Of a stretch of 64,000 bases of DNA, positions 53,001 to 64,000 are shown piece after piece (the stretch's first letter is position 1; the number at the start of each line of letters is the position of its first letter). The stretch is taken from contig NC_135256.1 in NCBI RefSeq assembly GCF_964204865.1, forward strand, positions 2,356,001 to 2,420,000, given 5' to 3'. Origin of the DNA: Styela clava (lineage: Eukaryota). The notes under the pieces were generated by a model that was given only the letters and a program-made list of their open reading frames with translations, was not told the DNA's origin and ran no database searches. A program made the translations under genes and the position numbers.

Positions 53001-56000
53001 ACAGAGATATTTGATATCATGATGTCAAATCTGAAGAATTCCCAGCTCAAGGTTTGTTTATTTCAAACTTCGCGATGATTTATCAACACTGCGTTATTCT
53101 CCATTGTTGCAATTATCAATGGCAGTCAACAGATTAACGCAAAATTACCTTGTTTGGCTCACTCATACCCTTATACTTTTGCAGTTTACGCTTTTCATTT
53201 GTTTCATTTACTTTTGATCGTATATTGTTGCATAGCAATGGAATATGTTTATCTGAACTCGAACCCCCGTCGCCGCTTGTTTGTTCTGATTGTTCACGCC
53301 TTCACTCTATTTTCATAAAGAGTTTTATGCAGACACTTCATCAATTAATATAATATAATTAATACTGACGCTAAGACAACTCACCACTGGTTGGCACACA
53401 ATTACATATATGGGACTGATGCCAATAAGTTGGATTCGTTTTGAAACCATCACATGGCAGCGATGCATTTTTATATCAGCTCGATAATTATTTCAGTTTG
53501 TGATTTGCAGAGCTGCAATGTTTGCTGGTATTGGCGTCTGAGTTTCATTTGAATTTCCTGTTGTCACAATTTTTGAAGTATGAAAATAATTTTATTTGAA
53601 ACTGCAAAACCTTCAAAAATAGAAAATATTAAACTGATATCGATTTTTCAACCCGTAGCGAGGAGTCATTTTATAAATTTTGTTCAGTATCACTGGATTG
53701 AATATTGCTATTATGTATACATAGGTCAAGAAATTTATCTTGAGCAACAGATTCAATGCTGAATTATTCGCTTCTGTTACAAAATTCACGGAATCTTATG
53801 TTGATGAAATCGTGTTGGAGATGTGCGTAGAAGAGAATGAATTTGGAATCATCAGTAGAAGCGTTATTTCTAAGAAAGTGAGTTGAAGTTACTAGATACT
53901 TTAAGGCATTTGCAGAATTGAAACAATTTTGACAATTGTTGGGCAAAACCTACCAGTTCTTGCTTGTATAAAGATGGAGATGAAATCACTTCATCATTGA
54001 CTACACATTTTATCATACAAGAATGAGGTGACTAGCATGGGGTTTGAACCTGAGATATCCAATCTGCACCGCAAACATTATCAATGTAAAATCACTAGCT
54101 CTCAAATATGTATATTTGCTGATGTTGCGGTGATGTCCACAGGGTTTCCGACCCAGCATTTACTACGCAATTTATCACATATGAATGAAGTGAATAGCAT
54201 GGGGTTTGAACCCGGGATATTTAACCTGCACCGCAAACATTATTAAGGTACGATCACTGGCTCTCAAATCTGTATATTTGCTGATGTTGCGGTGAGGTAG
54301 GTCCGTATACAGTACAATTTTTGAAACCTTTTATTTTGTTTGAAGTTTACAAGCCGATATCCTGTGACTCACACCACCAATTAAATATAAAAAGTGTCTG
54401 ATTCAACCGTTTTGAACTTTCAACCTGATTTCACTCAGATTATCACAGTGAATGCTGAATACACTTGATCTATCTTTATCCAGGTGTTTGTCAAGGAGGT
54501 AGATCTGTCGAGTATCAAGATGTCAGAACAATTTAGCATTGAAACTGGGATCGTTTGTTCCAAGTATAATGTTGAATGTCTGGGGCTGATCGATACTGAC
54601 TTGAGAGAGATTCATCTTCGTAATTTCTTGAAACATGTTGGGAATGGTAAAGTAAGTGAATAACTTTGTAAAAATATAAAACGAGAAGAAAAGTTCTGAT
54701 CAAGTTGATTTAAGATGCATTAAGAATTAGTCAAATATCAGGCATGGGGTCTGAAACCAGAATCTACAACCTGCAACGTCATGTTGCCTAATTTGCTGAC
54801 TCTTTAAAATTCCTAACTAATCATATTTTGGGTTGATGTACTGGCCCAGTGGCTAAAGTGAGCAACTGAACTATCCCAGTGCAAAAACTTTCTATTCAAA
54901 TCCCATGTCCAATGTCGTAAGCTTGCCGTCTCACCCGGGTGTAATAACTTGGTAAGCAATGCCGAACCAGAAATATTTCGGTCCTTCCTAAATGTAGTAA
55001 TTAATACCTTGCATAACAGTAGCTGCTTGTACAGAGCCTTGTTAGGAGTGGGGGTTGTGATACACCGTATAAAAAATATTTAGTAATACAATGTTATAAT
55101 GCCTCTTTTATACTAACGAAAAATACCACTAAAGGTAACTGGCATTTCGTGGTTAATTGAACACAATACATAGAAATGATGTAACTATCAACGTATTCCG
55201 CTTTAATATCAATGATTCTCATCCATGGGCCATTACAATGTACTCACTTATATTTCACGAGTGTCTCACACATTGGCACCGAACAAGTTGTTAGGTAAGT
55301 AATCCCCAGATGTGAGAAACTAATAATTCCAGGTTTGTTTTGAGACTGCGAATCATCTCACTCTCTGGATGACGTGCCAGGTAAGGGGTTGAACCCGGGA
55401 CATATGGTTCCAACACAGTTAATACAACCGAGTTAACCACTACACCACTGCGCTTACTGAACTCAATGAAAATATACGGTATTTCCCTACTAATATGGCC
55501 TAAGTATGGCACATGAATATATCTCATGCCAATTATAATCATTAGTGTCATTATTCATTCAGTTGAAAAAGCTCGATGTCGGCCACAATGAAAATCTTGG
55601 GGTTGACGGGTTGTCAGTCACAGGTATTATTGTGTCACAATGTGAAGTAGAGAAGGTTGGAATGCGGGACTGCAATCTGACAGCGGAAGCAATGAAAGCA
55701 TTCAAGGAAAATGTTCGGGATGCAAAGGTACAAATATTTTAAAACAAAACATTGGTTATTTAAAGATTAGTTTAACGGATCAAGCTAGGGCCATATGTAA
55801 CTGATGGTATTGAATTTAGCGTGACTGTGCTAATACGTAATTTATATTGAGTAACAAAAATCAAACTGCATTGAGTTATTATCAGGGTATGAGAAATTAT
55901 TCGCGGTCATATCGTTCATTCAGTTCGTATAGTTTTAATACTCCATCACTTCGAACAAGGCCAACCAATATGAAAAGAAAAAAGTCTTCATTACTTTCAA

Positions 56001-58831
56001 TCACTTTAAAACCAAAAAAAATAGGTTTATTTTCTTAAATTACATGACAAATAGATTGCAAGTCACTATTTACATTTTGAGTTTTTCGTCACTAATAAAA
56101 TCCATGAATTTCGGCAAATTCAGACTAAAATGCTTGTTGAAATAGATAACATTCCGCTCTATATGCCACATCAGTTGATGGCAACAATTGAATGCTCGTG
56201 CAGATTGTACCATGTTCAGCATTACAATATTGAGCCTTATCTCAACCATTTTATCATATCAATGAAATACGTTTCCATCACCTTCAATATCGTCTTGTAA
56301 TTCCAGCAATATGTCTGAACTAAGGTTATTGTTTACAATTCTTCACAAGGTAAAATATATTTTTGGAAATTTTCAAAAATTATGGAGATTTCATAAAAGT
56401 AACATGGTGAAGCAACATGGTAAACAATTAGAAATAAATATTATTCATGGTATTTCCCGAGAGTTTGAACCCGTGACCTACGTTACCACACCCGAAGTTG
56501 ATACTACCGAAAGTTAGTATTAATACTAACAAAGAAATCACTACACCACTACGGTCACTGATTATTCAGAGTATTTCCCAACTGCTATGACCTAAGTATG
56601 GCACATGGATATATCTCCTGCCTATTATAATCGTCATTGTTATTCATTCAGTTGAAGGATTTCTATGTCAGCGGCAATGAAAATCTTGGTGTTGACGGGA
56701 TTGCAATCACAGGTATTATTGTGTCACAATGTGAAGTGGAGAAGATTGGAATGCAGGAATGCAATCTGACAGCGGTAGCAATGGAAGCATTTAAGGAAAA
56801 TGTTCGGGATGCAAAGGTAGAATATTTTAAAATAAAACATTGAATAAAAATTAGTGTAACAGACCAAGCTAGGGCGATATGGAACTGATAGTATTAAATC
56901 GAGTGTGACAAATCCCATGTCCAATGTCGTAAGCTTCCCGTCTCACCCGGGTGTAATAACTTGGTAAGCAATGCCGAACCAGATAGATTTCGGTTCTTCC
57001 TAAATATAGTAATACCTTGCATAACAGTAGCTGCTTTTACAGGGCCTTGTTAGGAGTGGGAGTTGTAACACGCTGTATAAAAATATTGAGTAATGTAGTG
57101 TTAAAAATGATTAGTTTATACTTGCAAAAATTTACCTAAAAAAGACTGGCATCCCATGGTTGATTGGACTTAAAACATAGACACGATGAAACTATCCACG
57201 TATATCGGTTTGATATCAATGATTCTTATCTATGGGCCAAGCGTATCGCACTCAATTAAATTTCATGAGTGTCTCACACATTGCAAATTGCCAGGCAAGC
57301 AACCCCTAGTATGTGAAAAACTATCAATTTCGGGTTTGTGTAGAGCCTGTAAAACCTCTCACTACCTGGATGATCTGACATGTGATAGGCTTGAACCCGG
57401 GACCTATGATTCGAATACAGTTAGGTACTAAAGTTAATACTATCGAGTCAACCACTATACCACTGCGCTTACTGAACTCAAAAATGATTCAGGGTATTTC
57501 CCTATTTCTATGGCTTGAGTATGGCTCATGGATATATCTCATGCCTGTTATGATCGGCACTGTTGTTATTCATTCAGTTGAAGGAACTCAATGTCGGCAG
57601 CAATGCAAATCTTGGAGTTGACGGGGTGTCAGTCACAGGTATTATTGTGTCACAATGTGAAGTGGAGATAGTTAGAATGGGGAAATGCAATCTGACAGCG
57701 CAAGCAATGAAAGCATTCAAGGAAAATGTTCGGGATGCAAAGGTAGACTTATTTGAAATGAAACATTGTTTATTCGAAGATTAGTGTAATGTATCAAGAT
57801 AGGACCATATATAACTATGATAATGTGTAATTTATATCTATTGACAAAAATCAAAATTTATTGAGCTATGTCGAAGGTAAAAAAATATTTGGGGTCATAT
57901 CGTTCATTCAGTTCGGATTGTTTTAAAAACCATCACTCCGATGTGATAAGCATATAGTCAACAAAGGAACATAGACTGTAGAATTTATTTTTTCACATCT
58001 TATGAACAAACAGCATTGGCTTGCGCCAGAGTTCTTATCGATAATTTAATTTATATACAACCATTAGACAATCAGCATTACAAAACCTGAAGATTAAGGT
58101 AATTTGTTAATAAAACAATGAGTGTTGAATTTGAAACTGGCCAAACTTGGTCGACTAATAAAGCGGATCGATACTGAAGGCCTAAGCTAAAAATAATGGA
58201 AATTGTTCACACCGTAACATAAAAAGATTGACTAAATAGTTTAATTAACAGCAGTGCCCTATAGTAACGCCTTAATACGACTTGGACCACGAAAGTTGAC
58301 TCTGTTACTTGAACTATATTAAACTTTTGATTCCCCCGGAAAATTTTCAAATTTGGACTTCGATATTAGAAGTTGGTGTAAAAAAATCTAGCAATAAACA
58401 CCTGAATTCAGTCTGTTCGTCCTTTGTAATTTTTGATTGACTATTGATATGTATTAACTACGGAGAATGGAAATCAATCAGTTATAATCCACGACTAATA
58501 ATCTTCTACGGATTTTGTATTATTGATTATTATATGAACCTTACATGATCCAACACAATAATTCATTTTATCCTCCTTCCTTAGTCGTGCATTTGCAAAC
58601 CATGAATTATGTCTGAGTAACAAGTTTCATAATTCGTTTCAGATCAATTGGTTGGATCTGAGTTTCAACAAAGTCAGCAAACTCGGAGATGGAGGATTAT
58701 CTACAATCAGTGAAATTGTTCATCAATGTCAGGTTCAAACATTGAAGATGGTATTTTGCGAATTCAGCTCTGATCAGTTGAAAAGATTCAAAGCAATGAT
58801 CGCCGATACCGGGGTTGAGTTCGAATACTAA
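41050..58831 (+). CDS. NLR paralog B: N-terminal tandem-repeat array - NACHT - LRR (~1366 aa)
   Basis: Exons 41050-41260, 41765-41881, 42276-42458, 44032-44214, 44940-45143, 45652-45834, 46560-46763, 47272-47454, 48415-48492, 50698-52089, 52741-53051, 54484-54651, 55563-55727, 56652-56816, 57578-57742, 58643-58831 (TAA). All GT-AG with compatible phases, total 4101 nt. Confidence 0.87.
42276..47454 (+). repeat. Six tandem repeat exons of paralog B, including a 1620-bp two-exon duplication
   Basis: Exon starts 44032/45652/47272 and 44940/46560 are spaced 1620 apart. The 204-nt exons carry a 21-nt internal duplication (SAAEAHI x2). Confidence 0.92.
42864..43846. mobile_element. Non-autonomous hAT element in intron
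   Basis: Ends cagggtggtcc / ggaccatcctg, TSD aactagaa / aactagag (7/8 match), subterminal gcggcccgcgggccgc. Confidence 0.8.
50698..52089 (+). CDS. NACHT exon of paralog B
   Basis: Walker A GQAGSGKT, Walker B VVFFFDGLDQ, sensor-1 IVISSR, and winged-helix YFSHQVIEENLAA motif typical of animal NLR NACHT domains. Confidence 0.95.
52741..58831 (+). CDS. Helical/LRR exons of paralog B (ribonuclease-inhibitor-like LRRs)
   Basis: LNLLRFSYCNLT, VKEVDLSSIKM, three 165-nt exons (LKKLDVGHNENLG...VEKVGMRDCNLT...), last exon INWLDLSFNKVSKLGDGGL...EFEY*. Internal LRR exons are phase 0-0. Confidence 0.9.
54020..54300 (-). mobile_element. Tandem pair (~160 bp) of tRNA-SINE-like fragments; related fragments near 54745, 54840-54910, 55385, 56462, 57390
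   Basis: agcatggggtttgaacc (reverse B-box) occurs twice. tggcccagtggctaa (A-box-like) and attcaaatcc occur at 54842-54903. Confidence 0.45.
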
Positions 58832-59274
58832 CTAATTCAACACAATGTTTTCTCTTTGTAATAATTTTGGATTGTTAAGAAATTACTTTTATCTGATTTT
58901 ACCAGGAAACTCAAATATATTTCATTATAATGGTGACTCAAACAAAGTTTTTATCCAGTTTGTGATTATTTCTGTTTATTGGTGTGATTCTATATTCTTG
59001 TATTCATACTTATAAGATTAAACAATACAGAAAGCTTTAAACTTTTACTGCAATGTCGAACCATGGCCCCAACCGTGATTCCCGACAACAAGTTTAGACT
59101 TTGTTATATTTCCAATAATTTTCGTCCCCAACTTTCTGATGTAAAAATATTTTTACTACGGAAAAGCATCATTGTCACAGAAACCTTATTGTGTTTCTAT
59201 TCACAATTCCTGGCCTGAAACTTGTAAAACACACTTTGCATCAATACCCGTCTTATACAGACTATGAAGCCCTT

Positions 59275-59280
59275 AATAAA
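59275..59280 (+). promoter_or_regulatory. Candidate polyadenylation signal of paralog B
   Basis: AATAAA ~440 nt after the stop codon. AT-rich context makes a chance occurrence likely. Confidence 0.3.
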
Positions 59281-60899
59281 TTCATAAAATGCATTTGTTT
59301 TCGCTCCTAACAAGGATTCCTGATGTTAAAATCGGATTTTTCAATACCTTTCCTAATATATTTGAGAACATGAAAAGTAGGTTGAGCTTTCCAATAATTA
59401 AACCTGAGATCTCAAACTCTAATTAAGGCAGTAATTCAACTTTTGCAGTGTAAATGAAGAAGACCTTTTTATGCTTATATGACAGTTATATTGTTTCCTG
59501 ATTTATTCAGACACAGAAATATTTCATTGTGTATATTTTGATCACAAAACATTATTATTTGAAACTTGAGAAATTTTTTTCTAGAATATTTTGCGTAGAA
59601 CTGAACTATATTTCTAATGTACTACTGGAAATCCTTACATAAACAGGGCTCTAGACAAGCTTCCCGTTTACATTCACGGCTTTCCTATTTTTTCACTCTT
59701 CAGTAGCGTGGAGAGATAAGTAAGATACAAACCCGCAATCTGTAGCTTAAGAAAACGTTAGTTATCTTCTGACCATGTATATGCTTGTTTGTTTGCATTT
59801 TAGCTAAGCTATTTATTTGATAATTTTACGTTTTGTTTATATTCTACTTTTATTGACAAGAACTATTTCCAATGAATTTTTACACTTAATTCATATATTT
59901 TGATGTATTTAATGCCGACATTCTTACCAGTTCATTGTCCGGAAATATTATGTTATTTACATTGCTGATTGAAAACTATGATTGGATATTTAGCGAATGC
60001 AAATTGTTTGAATTAGCATTGAGCAAAGAATTTTAGCTTTTTTTTCTTCTGCGTTTGTATGGGTTTTCTGATTAGAAATATATTAACTAGATAGCAGGAA
60101 TATTAAATAAATGAGGGTTCAGTATCTTCATTTTATTGCTATTTAAAAACTCACTTTTGTATTTGTAACTATACGACAAAACAAGATGCGAAGCATTAAA
60201 TTTTATGTGTATTTTTGCAACGAACGATTGACTTTATGAATTTAAATCAGAAGTATTTAAAATTATGTTATTTTGTGCAAATTGTTTTTTTCTTGTGTTT
60301 TTTTCTTAGAAGTGCTTAAATCAAATATTAATGAACAAAGTATTCAAATTCGTTTGTGTTTATTTAACGGAATGAGGATATGTAGATTTAAGACAACTCT
60401 CGCAATCATATATTGTAGCCGTCTTTTTTATGTTCCACAAAATAAGCACTTTGGGTGTTTTTCGTACCCACCACCCACTTTCGTATCTAGTTTACAAAAT
60501 CTTTCGCCACCACGGACGTCAGATCGCGAATAATATCACTACCTTGAAATTTATTTTTCTCTAATATTGTAGGAACGAAACCCGGGAAAAAGCGATGCCT
60601 GCCTAACCTTTTTACTGTCGCGAATTTATTGCAAACTGCGAACTCTTTTTCTAATCTTAACATCAGCAAGTTCAGAATTTACATAAAACTAAAGTTTCGA
60701 GTCAATAATTCCTATCCAATATTAAAATTGCAGTATACTCCAATATCTATACTATATTCGAACTTTTATTTGAGCATAGGGTGCGCTAAAGTCGCAAGAG
60801 CTTTTTTGTGAAATTCAAAACATCAAGTCAAAGGTACCTAATGAAATAAAGTTTCCAGGTTTTTCGAACAACGCGGGGCGCATGCCTTGCTAGGGGTAG

Positions 60900-63850
60900 G
60901 CAGCCTTTACATAAGAAACAGACAGAGAAAGTCATATTCTTGTCGTGAGCAAGTCCTTTGAAAACAACAAAATTATACTAGGAGAGAGATAGAATGGGAA
61001 AGCCATATTCTAGTGAAACATTCGAGAAGAGATTTGAAACTTGAAAATGTATATACAAACTGGGAAAAGGCTCTGTTGCTATGAAACACGTGGGAAAGAT
61101 TTGGGTGCAATTTGAAAACACTTACATGAATTAGTAGAAAGGAATGTCAAATTCTTGTTAACTATGTAAAAATTGATGTCGAATGAAATTTTCGTGAGCG
61201 TGTATTATGAAAAGGCACACACAAATTTATAAAAGGGGAACGACATATTCGTGAAATGGTGGGCAAACTGCGGCTCGCCAGAGTTTTTATGTGGCTCTTC
61301 TTGCTAGCATTTATTATTATTCAAATATAACTTAAGAGGAACAGTAGTGTTACAGTGATTTTAGATTATTAGGCAGCAGGCGAAGTTCTCATCAATGATT
61401 AAGACAAATTATGTTTTAGTATGAAAAGTGTTAGAATGGTATAGAATTTTAAATCAGTCAAGCCACAAATGTTACGTCACAATGCTCGTGATAAACACCA
61501 CTACTATGCCTGTATTTTATGAAAAAAAAAATATATTGCTGATGTAAAGGCGGATTCCCCAAATTAGTACTAATGTAACAGTTACAATACAAAATGATTC
61601 AATAAGTTTTAATATTCATAATTTCAAAAATTATGCGGCTCTCACATATTTCTGACTTGCTGCATGCGGCTCTTCTACTAAAACATTTTGCCGACCCCTG
61701 TTCTAGTGGAACATGGGAAGATCTTTGATATTTACAGATACATGTGGCAAGAACTTCGTGATCGCATGCAATTTGAAAACTAATACACAAACTCATAGTG
61801 AAGAGCTGCCATGTTATTGTAAAACATGTGGGAAGAGTTTCGCTAAAGCATGTTATTTGAAAAGCCATTAAACTCGTACGGGTAAAAATTTTGACAAACA
61901 TGTAGGGAAAGTTGCTATCGCAGTATTAAAAAGATATACAAACTCAAACTGTGGAGTTGGCAAATTTTTGTAAAACACGTGGGATGAACTTTTGACAGCC
62001 TGTAATATGAAAAGGTCAACAGGAATTCAAAGAAGAAGAAAGGAAAGTTCGTATTCAAGATGGACCATATTACATTGAAACACGAGGAAAGAGCTAAGCG
62101 ATATCGTAAAATTTGAAATAAAATAAACAATCTCATGCCAAGAAAAGGCCGTATTTTTGCGAAACATGTTGAAAGAGCTCTCTGAAAGCAATTAGTTTGA
62201 AAAAGACATGTACAAATTTGTAGAAGAGTAAAGCCATATTCTTGTGAACATGTAGAAAGAGATTTGCGTTAGCGTGTAATTTTAAAAAGGCAAACACAAA
62301 CTATTTTGTAAAACTTGTGGGAAGAAAAGTCGTTTTCTTATTAAACTGTCGGAAAAAATTAGCTATAGCATGCAATTTGAAAAGTCATACGTGCACGCTG
62401 GGGGAAAGGTCGTAATTTTGTGTGAAATATTTGAAAAGAGCTTTTTTTAGAGCTTTTTAGAGGAAAAGTTTAAAAAGACCTGCACGAATTCTGGAAGGAA
62501 AAGTCATATTTTTAGATGCGCAAAGAGGTTTGAAAATGCATACTGGGGCATACTGCATACTCATGCTGGGGAAAGGCCCTGTTTTTAATAAACATGTGGG
62601 GAAAGCTCCATGACAAAATATAATATCAAAAAACATACCATATCAAACTGGGAAGTAGACGTAATCTTGTGAAAAATGTGGGAAGAGCTTTTCTAAAGCA
62701 TGAAATTTGAAAAGATCCACACGAAATCATAGATGTTGATACCTATATTTTTGTAAAATATAGGAAAAGTTTTTGAGAGCGGGTATTTTAAAAAGGCATA
62801 ACAGAATCATGCTGGGGAACGGTCGTACGTAAAGTATTTGAAAAAAGCTTTTAGGAGTGTATAGTTTGAAAAGGCACACATGAAATCTTTGAAAGGGAAA
62901 GTCATATTCGTGATATAGATGTGGGGAGAGATTCGCGATTGCGTGTAATTTGGAAAAAGCATACAAAAAATTCATACAGGGGAGGGGCCGTATTCTTGTG
63001 AAACATGTGGAAGAAATTTTCAAAACCTCGTAATATTTGAATAAGCATGAATAAACTCATACTTGGGTGACAACAAGATTTTTGTGAAACATTTGAAAAA
63101 GCCTTTTAAGACGGTGTAAATACTTATACACACATTCATAAAAGGGGAAAGCCAAATTCTTGTAAAATATGCGAGATGCCTTTTTAGGGCTCACACAATT
63201 TATAAACAGGTAAAGTCATTTAGGAGAGCGAGTCATTTGAAAGAGCATACACACACTCATTCTGTGGGGCTTCATTCTTTATAAACATGTGGAATGAGAT
63301 TCGTGATAGCTGTAATTTAAAAATCTAGCTTTGCGTTGATATCGTGTAATTTGAGATGTCCTAAACAAAGTTTTCCTAGAGAGAGACCTTAATATTGTGA
63401 AACGTGTGGGACGAGTTTCAACATGGCGTCTAATCTGGAAAGTCATAAATGATCAAAGTCGTTTTGGAATGAAGCCATATTTTTGTGAAACTTGTGGTAA
63501 AAACTTCTATAGCGTGTAATTTGAGAAAGCATTAACAAACTTAATGCCATATTTTTGTGGAACATGTAGTAAGAGATTAATGAAATTGTGCAATTTGATA
63601 ATTCATACACAAACTCATACTGAGAAAACTCCATAATATTGTGAAACATGGTGGGAAGAAATTTGCAATAGCGAGTATTTGGATGAAATACATAAACTAG
63701 GGAGAAGCCGTGAAACAGTTGGTAAACTTTTTAAAAACATATAATTTAAATAGGAATAAACAAAATTATACTGGCAAAAGACCGTATTCTTGTGAAACAA
63801 GGAAATAACTTTTTAAGAGCATGCAGGTTGAAAATACAGACAGCACTTTA
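60900..63850 (+). pseudogene. Decayed tandem C2H2 (Kruppel-type) zinc-finger array
   Basis: Recurrent cat(a/g)ctggggaaa.gcc.tatt.ttgtgaaacatgtgggaag motif at roughly 84-nt spacing, e.g. 62973 H-T-G-E-G-P-Y-S-C-E-T-C-G-R-N-F. Many stops and frameshifts; no ORF of 60 aa or more on +. Confidence 0.8.
61256..61700. mobile_element. hAT MITE inserted in the zinc-finger array
   Basis: Left ggtgggcaaactgcggctc (eroded), right gcggctc...tttgccgacccctg followed by ttctagtg. Confidence 0.65.
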
Positions 63851-63883
63851 AAGAGTTTTTTTAAAGCTAGTCATCTGCCAAAG

Positions 63884-64000
63884 CAGGGGTGTGCAACCTT
63901 TTTTGTAGGCGGGCCAGATATCAATAACTGTGTAAAACCGCGGGCCGCACCTTCATTTAACATAGGCTTTCTATTAGTTGCAGACACAAAATAGTGTCTT
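63884..64000. mobile_element. Left terminus of a hAT MITE (truncated by window edge)
   Basis: caggggtgtgcaacctttt...gcgggccag...cgcgggccgca. Confidence 0.6.

Noticed and set aside
61599-63800. - strand ORFs rich in F/T/C (e.g. PTCFTKI)
   Set aside because: Typical antisense translation of C2H2 zinc-finger DNA.

Overview
AT-rich, intron-rich eukaryotic (invertebrate animal) DNA. An ascidian/tunicate origin is my inference from composition and repeat types, not established. The window is dominated by two paralogous NACHT-LRR (NLR) genes arranged head-to-head as the arms of a large, diverged inverted duplication: left arm ~1-22470, right arm ~26005-51130+, with a 43-bp satellite in the spacer. 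The + strand gene could be modelled completely (15 coding exons, 41050-58831, ~1366 aa). The - strand gene starts at 20337 and runs off the left edge inside its NACHT exon. Neither gene model has a CARD/PYD/death-fold/TIR N-terminus. Instead the N-terminus is an array of near-identical 183-nt, phase 1-1 exons, each encoding a 61-aa acidic Ala/Ser/Thr/Val/Ile/Glu-rich repeat with 7-residue beta-strand-like periodicity (14 copies in one paralog, 6 in the other, expanded through different higher-order units). Also present: three duplicated LRR exons that vary at ligand-face positions, a 56-bp TTAGGG-containing intronic satellite, a 924-bp triplication with a young hAT insertion and its empty sites, several hAT MITEs/SINEs/Helitron-like elements, and a decayed C2H2 zinc-finger array at the right end. 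Gene models were read by eye from splice sites and frame; there is no expression evidence.
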